DNA of 59,902 nucleotides from the NCBI GenBank assembly GCA_035500675.1, contig DATJXA010000132.1, forward strand, positions 1 through 59,902, given 5' to 3'. The stretch comes from Bacteroidota bacterium. GTDB taxonomy: Bacteria > Bacteroidota > Ignavibacteria > UBA10030 > UBA8401. Shown piece by piece: positions 28,808 through 37,034 of the stretch; within the stretch, counting starts at the first letter, position 1, and each line of letters begins with the position of its first letter. Made by a program: the position numbers and the translations under genes. Below the pieces are notes generated by a model. The model searched no databases. It was not told the DNA's origin and worked only from the letters and a program-made list of their open reading frames with translations.

Positions 28808-30937
28808 CTACTTTCCTTTCATCAGTTCGATGTATTCCGGTTCATTCCGGATCGGGTCGAGATCGGGGTCACGCTTGATCCATTCATAAAATCCATACCC
28901 CGACCCGATTGCTTTCTTCAACGCCTGGAGCGCGAGCGCCTTGTCTCCAACATTTGCGTAGAAACATGCTGCATTGTAGAACATCAGCGGATCGTTCGGG
29001 CTCAATTCGATGGCTCGTGCCGCTTTGGCTTTCGCCTCGTCGAGATGGTCAGTTCGCACCAAGACAAGGGCGTAGAAGATATGAGCCCGCGCGTCGTCGG
29101 GATGCTGCAACAGGTAACGCGGGAACATTTCCATGGAAGCCGTGAGCCATTTCTCAACGTTTTCCTTTTCTTCCAGGCGGCTGTAACACAGCACGATGTC
29201 GCCATAGGCTGTATAAAAATCGGCGTTGAGTTCGACAACCTTCCGGAACATCTCTGCCGCTTCCCGCACGCGGTCGGTGGTGACATACGTTCGGCCGAGT
29301 ATCCAATAGGCGGTATGATTGCTCGGGTTCAGCTCGATCGCTTTCTGACTCGATTCCAGTGCTTCGCCGTGCGACTTCTTATAAAGATAGACGAGACCCA
29401 ACGCGGAATACGCCTCGGACAATGAGGGGTCGTACATCAACGCTTTGAGGCCTGCTTCCAGCGCTTTGTCCAGCAGGGTATCGTTCCTTTCGAACTGTTG
29501 GTAGAGGTGCGCGTACGCCTCGCTTAACCCCGCATACGCGTCGGCATATCGCACGTCATACTCGATTGCTTTTTGAAAAAGTTCGATCGCGATCTGCACG
29601 CCGTTTTTTGTGAACCGATACATCGAGTCTCGTGCGCGCAAATTGCAATCGAATGCCTGAGCGCTCAACGTCGGACGCTTTGTGAGCACCACCTGCTCTT
29701 TCGGGGTGAGTTTGACCATCAGGGCATCGACGATCTGTTTTGAAACTTTTTCCTGAATATCAAAAACGTCCTCGAGCTTACCTTTGTACGTTTCCGCCCA
29801 GAGCTGCGCGTCTGCGTCGACATCGACGAGCTCGACGGCGATGCGGAGGTTGTCCTGAAATTTTCTGACGCTTCCCGCAAGGATGTAGCGCGTGTCGAGC
29901 TCTCGTCCGATCGTCTTGACGTCCTTGGTCGTCGTTTTGTACTGCATCGATGTCGTCCGCGGCACGACCCGAATATCTTTGAGCCTAGACAAGTTGATGA
30001 TCAGCTCTTCCGTAAGGCCGTCGCTGAAATAGTCGCTTTCTTTATCGGGACTGATATTGCCGAACGGGAGTACAGCGATCGCTTTTGTCTGGGGTTGAGT
30101 CTGGGCGCTTTCGATCGCCTTGAGTGTGTCCTGTAAAGAGTGGAGCACTTCATCGGCAGTTTGATAGCGCTGCAACCGATCCTTCGCCAGCATCTTTTTG
30201 ATGAGAGAGTCTACTTGATGGGGAATTTTTCTGTCCATCAGGCTTGGAACGGGAGGATCTTCGTTCACGATCAGATAGAGCAATCCGGCTTCATGTTCCG
30301 ATTTAAATGGAAGGTCGGCGGTGAGTATTTCATAGAGCACGACACCCAGAGACCAAATATCGGACCGCTGATCGGCGGCTTCGCCCTGAGCCTGTTCGGG
30401 CGACATGTACGACAACGTTCCGAGCGATGTGCCGGTTCTTGTCAAACCGGAACTGCTTTTAAGTTTCGCGATGCCGAAATCCATGATCTTGAGCTTTCCG
30501 TCGTTCGTCAGCATGACGTTTTCCGGCTTGATATCCCGATGGACGATATTTTTTCCATGGGCCGCCTTGAGCCCTTCAGCGATCTGCGATGCCCACGCGA
30601 TCGCCTGCTGCACCGGAACGCCCGTCCCTGATTTCAAATTTGTCATGTATCTCTTCAGAGTCGTCCCTTCGAGATACTCCATCACGAGGAACATTCCGTC
30701 GTCGTGCTCATCGATCTCATACACGTTAAGGATGTTCGGATGATTAAGGGATGCAGTCGCCTTCGCCTCTTGAAGGAATCGCGCTTTACTGTCTGCAGAC
30801 GCTGAAAGGTGAGAAGGAAGGATCTTGATCGCGACCATACGGTCGAGCTTCAGGTCCTGGGCCTTATAGACAACGCCCATACCGCCTTCGCCGAGCTTTT
30901 CGAGAATTTTATAGTGTGAGATTGTTGAACCGATCAT
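28808..30937 (-). CDS. Hanks-type Ser/Thr protein kinase (STK1) with TolB-N-like domain and TPRs
   Basis: LGEGGMGVVY, VAIK, HRDIKPEN, DFG; AIAVLPFGN...YFSDGLTEELI; TPRs ending YNAAC...DPDLDPIR. Confidence 0.95.
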   Translation of the reverse strand: MIGSTISHYKILEKLGEGGMGVVYKAQDLKLDRMVAIKILPSHLSASADSKARFLQEAKATASLNHPNILNVYEIDEHDDGMFLVMEYLEGTTLKRYMTNLKSGTGVPVQQAIAWASQIAEGLKAAHGKNIVHRDIKPENVMLTNDGKLKIMDFGIAKLKSSSGLTRTGTSLGTLSYMSPEQAQGEAADQRSDIWSLGVVLYEILTADLPFKSEHEAGLLYLIVNEDPPVPSLMDRKIPHQVDSLIKKMLAKDRLQRYQTADEVLHSLQDTLKAIESAQTQPQTKAIAVLPFGNISPDKESDYFSDGLTEELIINLSRLKDIRVVPRTTSMQYKTTTKDVKTIGRELDTRYILAGSVRKFQDNLRIAVELVDVDADAQLWAETYKGKLEDVFDIQEKVSKQIVDALMVKLTPKEQVVLTKRPTLSAQAFDCNLRARDSMYRFTKNGVQIAIELFQKAIEYDVRYADAYAGLSEAYAHLYQQFERNDTLLDKALEAGLKALMYDPSLSEAYSALGLVYLYKKSHGEALESSQKAIELNPSNHTAYWILGRTYVTTDRVREAAEMFRKVVELNADFYTAYGDIVLCYSRLEEKENVEKWLTASMEMFPRYLLQHPDDARAHIFYALVLVRTDHLDEAKAKAARAIELSPNDPLMFYNAACFYANVGDKALALQALKKAIGSGYGFYEWIKRDPDLDPIRNEPEYIELMKGK

Positions 30938-30974
30938 GATATATCCTTTGTAATCCTTGTTCGTTTTATGTTGA

Positions 30975-31629
30975 TCGACCCCAAAGGGGTCGAATTGTAC
31001 AGGACCGGGGCAACGCCCCGACTCATATTGGAAACAAGCCTCTATGAACCCTGAAAGGGTGAAACAATTATGTCAATCCCAGATATAACGTTCATCAAAT
31101 TTGATCTTGTATGCATTCAAAAATGCACGATACTCATCTTGAAAAATTTTCTTACGATGATGCTCTTCTTGGTTTGCAATATATTTTTTTACACGCTCAA
31201 CCTCAGATTGACCTACAGAAAATGCGCCATACCCGTTCTGCCATGCGAATTTGGACAAGAGCCCCCCTTTCGACTTGATCCATTTCGATGACCCGCGTTT
31301 GATTTCGCCTACTACCTTTGCGATAGAGAGATTGCGCGACAATGAAGAAAGAATATGCACATGATCTGCAACTCCTCCAACAATCAAAACGGGACAATCG
31401 AGATTTTTACACGTGCCGCCGAGATAGGCGTGTAATTCTTTGCGTACAGTTTTGTCAACGAGAAATGGGAACCTGTGCTTCGTCGAAAAAACAATGTGTA
31501 TCAGAACGTTCGCAAGTGATTGAGACATATCCCCCCCCCATATAACCCTTTCAGGGTTACTGATTAGTACGGTTTGTTGTGTGCCGAGGACGATGTCCTC
31601 GGTTGAATTATGCTTCCCCCTTGGGGAAG
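30975..31629. mobile_element. Y1 transposase flanked by inverted three-hairpin modules (REPtron-like unit)
   Basis: Module 30975-31060 (+) and module 31543-31629 (-) enclose tnpA, with ACCCT-GAA-AGGGT hairpins nearest the gene on both sides. Confidence 0.7.
31073..31528 (-). CDS. tnpA: IS200/IS605-superfamily Y1 (HUH) transposase, RAYT-like
   Basis: IHIVFSTKHR, HUH motif DHVHIL, SSKWI, WQNGYGAFSV, catalytic Tyr in KYIANQEEHH. No adjacent tnpB. Confidence 0.9.
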   Translation of the reverse strand: MSQSLANVLIHIVFSTKHRFPFLVDKTVRKELHAYLGGTCKNLDCPVLIVGGVADHVHILSSLSRNLSIAKVVGEIKRGSSKWIKSKGGLLSKFAWQNGYGAFSVGQSEVERVKKYIANQEEHHRKKIFQDEYRAFLNAYKIKFDERYIWD

Positions 31630-32484
31630 GTTTAGGCGTTATCCTTTTTTAATGATTTAATAAAATTCTTTGATGAAAATACTTCCCAATCAATAACTGC
31701 AACGACCCTGAAAGGGTCCCATATTCAAGGTCGGGGCAACGCCCTAACCTGAAACGATCTAAATACAATGATGAACCCCGAAGGGGTGATATATTTCTCT
31801 TCTCAGGAGTATCTTCCATTGTATTTCTTCTTAAGTATGTAACCCTTTCAGGGTAACACGGTAATACGATTTGTCGCACTCCGCGGGCAATGCCCTCGGT
31901 TACAGTATTCTTCCCCTGCGGGGAAGAATCATGCTTTACATTATTATATTAACCACAAAACATCGCACTCAGTTAACGCGTTGCTCCAATTCGGGAAATA
32001 ATTGTTTTCAATCAGAAAATGTGATGACCCTGAAAGGGTTCGATATTCAAAGGCGGGGCAACGCCCCAACCTGAAACGATTTAAATACAATGTTGGACCC
32101 CGAAGGGGTGATATATTTTTTTCCGCACGGATACCTTGTTTATGTTTTCTTGATTATGGAACCCTTTCAGGGTATCGTATTAATGGGTTTGTCGTTTTCG
32201 AGGGCATTGCCCTCGGTTACAATATCCTTCCCCCTTTGGGGAAGACGATGGCTTTATCTATTTTAGAAATGCAAGAAAATCTTTTAATAAAAATATTTCA
32301 CAATCAATAAATGTGACGACCCTGAAAGGGTTCGATATTCAAAGGCGGGGCAACGCCCCGACGAAGAGGATTCGACTATAATGATGAACCCCGAAGGGGT
32401 GATATATTTCTCTTCTCAGGAGTATCTTCACCTTCGTAGAAGAACACTTTTCAAGAGTGTAATAGCGCGAGATTATTCAACCGA

Positions 32485-34458
32485 TCATTGCTGTTTGCTC
32501 CAAACGTTATTCGACAGATCGACGTCGGGCAATTGAAAATCGGGATCCACAATGACTGAATCTATTGCACTCGTCGAATGATACTTAAATTTCCACGTTT
32601 TGTGCGACAGCCAGATTTCAACGGGCAAATTAACTCTTCCGGATTTGCCGTTTGATTCCTTCACCTCGACGGTCACCGGCATGACCATCTTATCGTTATT
32701 CTGAATCGTGATGAGAGAACCTTTGGACGGATCGTTATCAACATACGCGACGTTCGTGACGGCCTGATCGAGTTTCCAATTTTTTACGAACCATCCCTTC
32801 CAGAACCAGTTGAGATTTTCCCCGGCTGCATTGTTCATGCACCTGAAAAAATCGAACGGACCGGGATGCTTGAACGCCCAATTTTTAATATAATTTCTGA
32901 ATGCATAATCGAATCGTTCGGGTCCAACTATATAATTTCTCAAAAGCACAAGGCCGAATGAGGTTTTGAAATACTCCAAGGGGTGAACGTACTTCCCAGG
33001 GATGTTATCGGCATAGGTTAAAATAGGAGGAAGAGTGTCACTCAAATAAGGAACGACCTCTCGCGCCGGATTTCCCCCATTCGGCGCATACTCCCCGTCC
33101 CGTTTCGGCGCATATTCGCCATGATTAAAATCCTCGAACGACAGGATATCGATGAATGTATTGAACCCCTCGTCCATCCATGCGTCCTCCCTTTCATTCG
33201 AACCGACGATCATCGGAAACCAATTATGCCCGATCTCATGATTGATCACCATCCATAATTCTTTTCTTGTCGACTTGTACCAGCAAAAAACAATCGCTGG
33301 ATACTCCATCCCTCCGACAGGTCCGCCGACCGTGACAGCGTTCGGATAAGGGTATTCAAACCAGTGCTTGGAAAAAATTTCCACGCTGTTTTTCAAATAT
33401 TCTGTCGCCCTCCCCCACGCCGTATCTCCATCGCTTTCAATTGGATATACCGAATGAGCCAAACACGGTTTGCTGCTCGGCAAATTGACCTTTGCCGCGT
33501 CCCAGATAAATGCCCTCGAGCTTGCCCAAGAAACGTCGCGGGCGTTGTGAATGATATAATGCCAAACATCTCTCCCTTCAGCAGTCGGCCGAGCTTCACC
33601 TTTGCCGATTTCTGACGGGGAAATAATATAGACAGTTCTATTGCTTTTTCGAGCTTTGTTGAGCCGGCCGATCTCGGTCTTCGTTAAAACTTCCCCGGGG
33701 TTGACCAGTTCACCCGACGCGGCGACAATCTGATCCCACGGGACGTCGACGCTGAAGTCGTAATCGCCATAGTCCAAATAAAATTCGCCGCTTCCTAGGA
33801 ACGGAAGCGTGTTCCATCCTTTTATATCATCATACACCGCCATCCGTGGATACCATTGAGCGATATCATAGACGAGGCCGTTCTTCGAGTTCATCCATCC
33901 GGATCGTCCGAGTCCCTGGGGCGCGATTTTGAAAGAATATCTGATATGGATCTGAATCTTTCCGCCTTTGGATTTCAGCGCCGCGGCCAGCCGTATTTGC
34001 ATCCTCGTATCGGTGATCAGGTAGTGAGCCGGCTGCAATTTGCCGCCTTCGGAAATTGAAACGTCTTTTATATCGAACCCTCCGTTAAATTCTTCTGTGC
34101 CGCTGAGGTTCGGACCGGAAAGCGCTCTCGATCGGGAATCGTTTCTAAATCTGTTTTGGTCCAGGTACAGCCAAACATAGTCCAGGTTATTCGGGCTGTT
34201 GTTTGTGTACGCGATGACTTCATCCGCAGTAATGCTGGCATCGCCTTCGTTCAATCGTGCATGTATTTTATAGTCGGCTTTGTTTTGCCAATACCCCGGC
34301 CCCGGCGTGCCGTCGGCACTTCTATAGAGTGAACCTCCGTTTGCGTCAAACAAGGGGTCAAAAGTTTCCCTCGGATCATAACTCGAATGCTCTTGAGCGA
34401 TCAATGGAGTAATGAAGAAGAGAACGGGAAGCCAAAAATATTTTTTCTCAATGCACAT
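32485..34458 (-). CDS. Exported M1-family metallopeptidase
   Basis: Signal peptide; GGMEYP, HEIGHNW (HExxH), WMDEGFN. Confidence 0.93.
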   Translation of the reverse strand: MCIEKKYFWLPVLFFITPLIAQEHSSYDPRETFDPLFDANGGSLYRSADGTPGPGYWQNKADYKIHARLNEGDASITADEVIAYTNNSPNNLDYVWLYLDQNRFRNDSRSRALSGPNLSGTEEFNGGFDIKDVSISEGGKLQPAHYLITDTRMQIRLAAALKSKGGKIQIHIRYSFKIAPQGLGRSGWMNSKNGLVYDIAQWYPRMAVYDDIKGWNTLPFLGSGEFYLDYGDYDFSVDVPWDQIVAASGELVNPGEVLTKTEIGRLNKARKSNRTVYIISPSEIGKGEARPTAEGRDVWHYIIHNARDVSWASSRAFIWDAAKVNLPSSKPCLAHSVYPIESDGDTAWGRATEYLKNSVEIFSKHWFEYPYPNAVTVGGPVGGMEYPAIVFCWYKSTRKELWMVINHEIGHNWFPMIVGSNEREDAWMDEGFNTFIDILSFEDFNHGEYAPKRDGEYAPNGGNPAREVVPYLSDTLPPILTYADNIPGKYVHPLEYFKTSFGLVLLRNYIVGPERFDYAFRNYIKNWAFKHPGPFDFFRCMNNAAGENLNWFWKGWFVKNWKLDQAVTNVAYVDNDPSKGSLITIQNNDKMVMPVTVEVKESNGKSGRVNLPVEIWLSHKTWKFKYHSTSAIDSVIVDPDFQLPDVDLSNNVWSKQQ

Positions 34459-34528
34459 GGTATATCTCTTCGAATAAATTATTTAGCCGGAGGAAAAAAC
34501 TTAATCGCTGAATTGTGAAAAACGCCTC

Positions 34529-36886
34529 TTATTTCACCAAACCGGATTTTTTCGTCAATGCAATGAACCTCGGTTCGGTTCGGATGTCATCCCACGCGTC
34601 GTCAATGAGGAGGTTCCCGAACCAGATGCTGTGGTCGTTAAAATCTTTCTCGAGCATTTCCAGGGCTTTTTCTTTATCCCCAAGCCCTGCATATATTCTG
34701 GCGATGTTGTATGCCGAACCGGTTCCTTCGTTGTACCTGCGCTCGTTCTCTTTCAGAAGCTTGAGGGCTTTGTCCCTCATGTTGTGCTTTGCATAGAAGT
34801 ATGCGAGAGAGGATATACATTCGCTCGAACGTCCCGACAACTCCACGGCTTTTTCGAGCTGTGCCTGGGCATCGGAATATTTTTTTAAGCGATTATTTGC
34901 GATCCCTTGCCATTCATACCCGACCGCAAACGACGGGTCGAGCTCGACCGATTTTGTAAAATAGCCAAGCGCGTCTTCATACTGTCCGCGAAGAAGCGGG
35001 ATGAGGCCTAAGTTAATTTCGATGATGGGGGAAAACGGGTCGAGCTCGTGCGCCTTTTGGATCATTGCCGAGGCCTCTTCTGTACGCCACGTCCTAACAA
35101 GCATGATGTTGTACCAGTGATACGCCGTCCCGTACCGCGGGTTCAGCGAAATGGCTTGTTTGAATTCCCGCTCCGCATCATCATATTTCCATTCTTGAAC
35201 ATAGCAGAGTCCGATTGTGGCGTGAGCTTCTGCGAGCGAATTATCGAGATCGAGCGCGCGACGGGCAGATGCCAATGCCATGGGCACCGTGACACTTGTC
35301 GGGATTCCAGAATATTGCGATTGGAGGACGTAACAGTCTGCCAGCCCCGAATAGGCGAGCGCATAGGTCGAATCCAGCACAATTGCTTGATTCAAATATC
35401 CGATCGCGCGCACTATCGAAGCGGCGGTGCGTTTGTTCCAGTAATACCGTCCTTGCAGATATAACTGATATGCCTGAGTGTTAACAGTGGATGGCTGGGT
35501 AATTTTTTCCCGAGTCTCCGTCGAGAGCCCGATGCCAAGCTTCGATGACACGTCGTCAGTGATTTGCTGCTGCAACGAAAGAAGGTCCGTCATCGAGGAA
35601 TGATAAAGATTGCCCCACAATTCCGATTGCCGGTTGACGTCGATCAGATCGACCTGAACGTCCAGGACCTGGCCACGATGAGTGATCGTTCCCGACAGAA
35701 CCGCCCCGACATTTAATTTCGACCCGATGGCCTGAATGTCCATCTCTTTTCCCTTGAACCGGAACACGGTGCTGCGTGGAATGACCCTCAACGATGATAT
35801 TTTCGTGAGATTGTTGATGATACTTTCGGTGAGGCCGTCCGAAAGATATTCCTGTTCCTGCGACGCGCCGGCATTTTCAAACGGAAGCACCGCGAGTGAA
35901 TCGATCCCCTTCGCGCGGCCGCTGTAAAAATAGGTCGCTAGTGCTATCAACACCACTGCGAGGCCCACGGAGCCGAAGATGAAAAAATTTTTCTTCGGCA
36001 TAGACTTTTTAACAACGGGATGATCTTGTTCCACCGGAGGAGCGGCCGCATCGACCATCGATGGACGCATGACTCTCGACGTTTTCTTTCGCTCGCGCCG
36101 CAATTCGCTCACCATGTCGGCGACCGATTGATAACGATCCTCCGGATTTTTTTCGAGCGCCCGTGCGATAATGCGCTCAAGTTCCGGAGATGCTCCCGGT
36201 TGAACCTTCGTTAACGGCGTCGGTTCCTCGTTGACGATGGAATAGACCATTGCTGCTTCATGTTCGCCGCGAAAAGGTAGCTTGCCCGTCAACATCTCGA
36301 AGAACAAGACGCCAAAGGAAAAAATGTCGCTCCTGTAATCGACTTCTCCTGCCTGGATTTGTTCCGGCGCCATGTAGCCGAGCGTTCCAACCGTGCTGGA
36401 GGTGCGTGTGAGCTTCAACGATCCTTTCAGCTTTGCCAACCCGAAATCCATCACCTTGACCTGGCCCTTCGAGGTCAGCATGATATTGTCGGCTTTGATA
36501 TCCCTGTGGACGATCCCTTTGGAATGAGCTTCTTGCAGCGCCTCGCCGATCTGCGCCGCTATAACGATCGCATCGTCGGATTTTGCAAAGGGAATCTTCT
36601 CGCCGAGAGTTCCGCCGTCGATGTATTCCATTGCGATGAAGAGCTGTCCCTCGTGTTCCTCGACTCCGTAGATCGTGCAGATATTGGGATGATTGAGTCC
36701 CGCTGCGGCTTGCGCTTCCTGAAGAAAACGTGCCTTTGCAGTCTCATCCTTCGTCACCCTGTCGGGAAGAAATTTAAGAGCCACGTTGCGGTTCAGCGTC
36801 GTATCGTGGGCCTTGTAGACAACGCCCATTCCTCCTTCGCCGAGCTTTTCAAGAATTTTATAGTGAGAAATAGTTTGTCCTATCAC
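34529..36886 (-). CDS. Hanks-type Ser/Thr protein kinase (STK2) with TM, TolB-N-like domain and TPRs
   Basis: GTG start; LGEGGMG, VALK, HRDIKADN, DFG; TM segment; SLAVLPFEN...YLSDGLTESII; TPRs. Confidence 0.95.
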   Translation of the reverse strand: MIGQTISHYKILEKLGEGGMGVVYKAHDTTLNRNVALKFLPDRVTKDETAKARFLQEAQAAAGLNHPNICTIYGVEEHEGQLFIAMEYIDGGTLGEKIPFAKSDDAIVIAAQIGEALQEAHSKGIVHRDIKADNIMLTSKGQVKVMDFGLAKLKGSLKLTRTSSTVGTLGYMAPEQIQAGEVDYRSDIFSFGVLFFEMLTGKLPFRGEHEAAMVYSIVNEEPTPLTKVQPGASPELERIIARALEKNPEDRYQSVADMVSELRRERKKTSRVMRPSMVDAAAPPVEQDHPVVKKSMPKKNFFIFGSVGLAVVLIALATYFYSGRAKGIDSLAVLPFENAGASQEQEYLSDGLTESIINNLTKISSLRVIPRSTVFRFKGKEMDIQAIGSKLNVGAVLSGTITHRGQVLDVQVDLIDVNRQSELWGNLYHSSMTDLLSLQQQITDDVSSKLGIGLSTETREKITQPSTVNTQAYQLYLQGRYYWNKRTAASIVRAIGYLNQAIVLDSTYALAYSGLADCYVLQSQYSGIPTSVTVPMALASARRALDLDNSLAEAHATIGLCYVQEWKYDDAEREFKQAISLNPRYGTAYHWYNIMLVRTWRTEEASAMIQKAHELDPFSPIIEINLGLIPLLRGQYEDALGYFTKSVELDPSFAVGYEWQGIANNRLKKYSDAQAQLEKAVELSGRSSECISSLAYFYAKHNMRDKALKLLKENERRYNEGTGSAYNIARIYAGLGDKEKALEMLEKDFNDHSIWFGNLLIDDAWDDIRTEPRFIALTKKSGLVK

Positions 36887-37023
36887 AATATTTTTCTCCC
36901 CCTCCCGCCAAAGAACGGCGGGATGCTCAAATTTTCAATCCCGCAAAAAAGCTGCGGGAGAAAATTTGGCACTTCGCCGAGCTTCTCGAGGATTTTATAG
37001 TGCGATATTGTCTGTCCGATCAT
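36835..37023 (-). repeat. 52-nt direct repeat (36972-37023 vs 36835-36886) flanking an 85-nt double-hairpin insert
   Basis: 43/52 identical; 8 synonymous changes plus ATG/GTG. Hairpins at 36928-36968 and 36903-36923. Confidence 0.9.
36883..37023 (-). CDS. Unannotated 46-aa leader ORF duplicating the STK2 N-terminus
   Basis: MIGQTISHYKILEKLGE-VPNFLPQLFCGIENLSIPPFFGGRGRKIL*. TGA (36885-36883) overlaps the STK2 GTG. An alternative ATG lies at 37026. Confidence 0.6.
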   Translation of the reverse strand: MIGQTISHYKILEKLGEVPNFLPQLFCGIENLSIPPFFGGRGRKIL

Positions 37024-37034
37024 CATCGCTTCAA

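Larger units (their letters stand above)
30975..32400. repeat. Array of seven ~85-bp three-hairpin modules in alternating orientation
   Basis: Modules: 30975-31060(+), 31543-31629(-), 31704-31787(+), 31842-31929(-), 32027-32109(+), 32161-32244(-), 32319-32400(+). Each is hairpin, short gap, GGGC-AAY-GCCC-type hairpin, long gap, hairpin. Confidence 0.9.

Noticed and set aside
31073-31528. Canonical IS605 element with TnpB/omega RNA
   Set aside because: No tnpB or iscB ORF lies on either side; the flanks are filled by the hairpin array.
31649-32310. ORFs within the repeat array (31649-31879, 31871-32074, 32002-32310)
   Set aside because: They run through the palindromic modules and AT-rich linkers with no coding signature; likely chance frames.
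30975-32400. CRISPR array interpretation of the repeat region
   Set aside because: Units are ~85-bp multi-hairpin modules in alternating orientation with partly homologous linkers, not same-direction 23-47 bp repeats with unique spacers. There are no cas genes.
36359-37000. Long plus-strand ORFs opposite the kinases and histidine kinases (e.g. 36359-37000, 30140-30631, 38961-39785, 45068-45742, 51102-51881)
   Set aside because: Antisense shadows of well-supported minus-strand genes, with no domain motifs.
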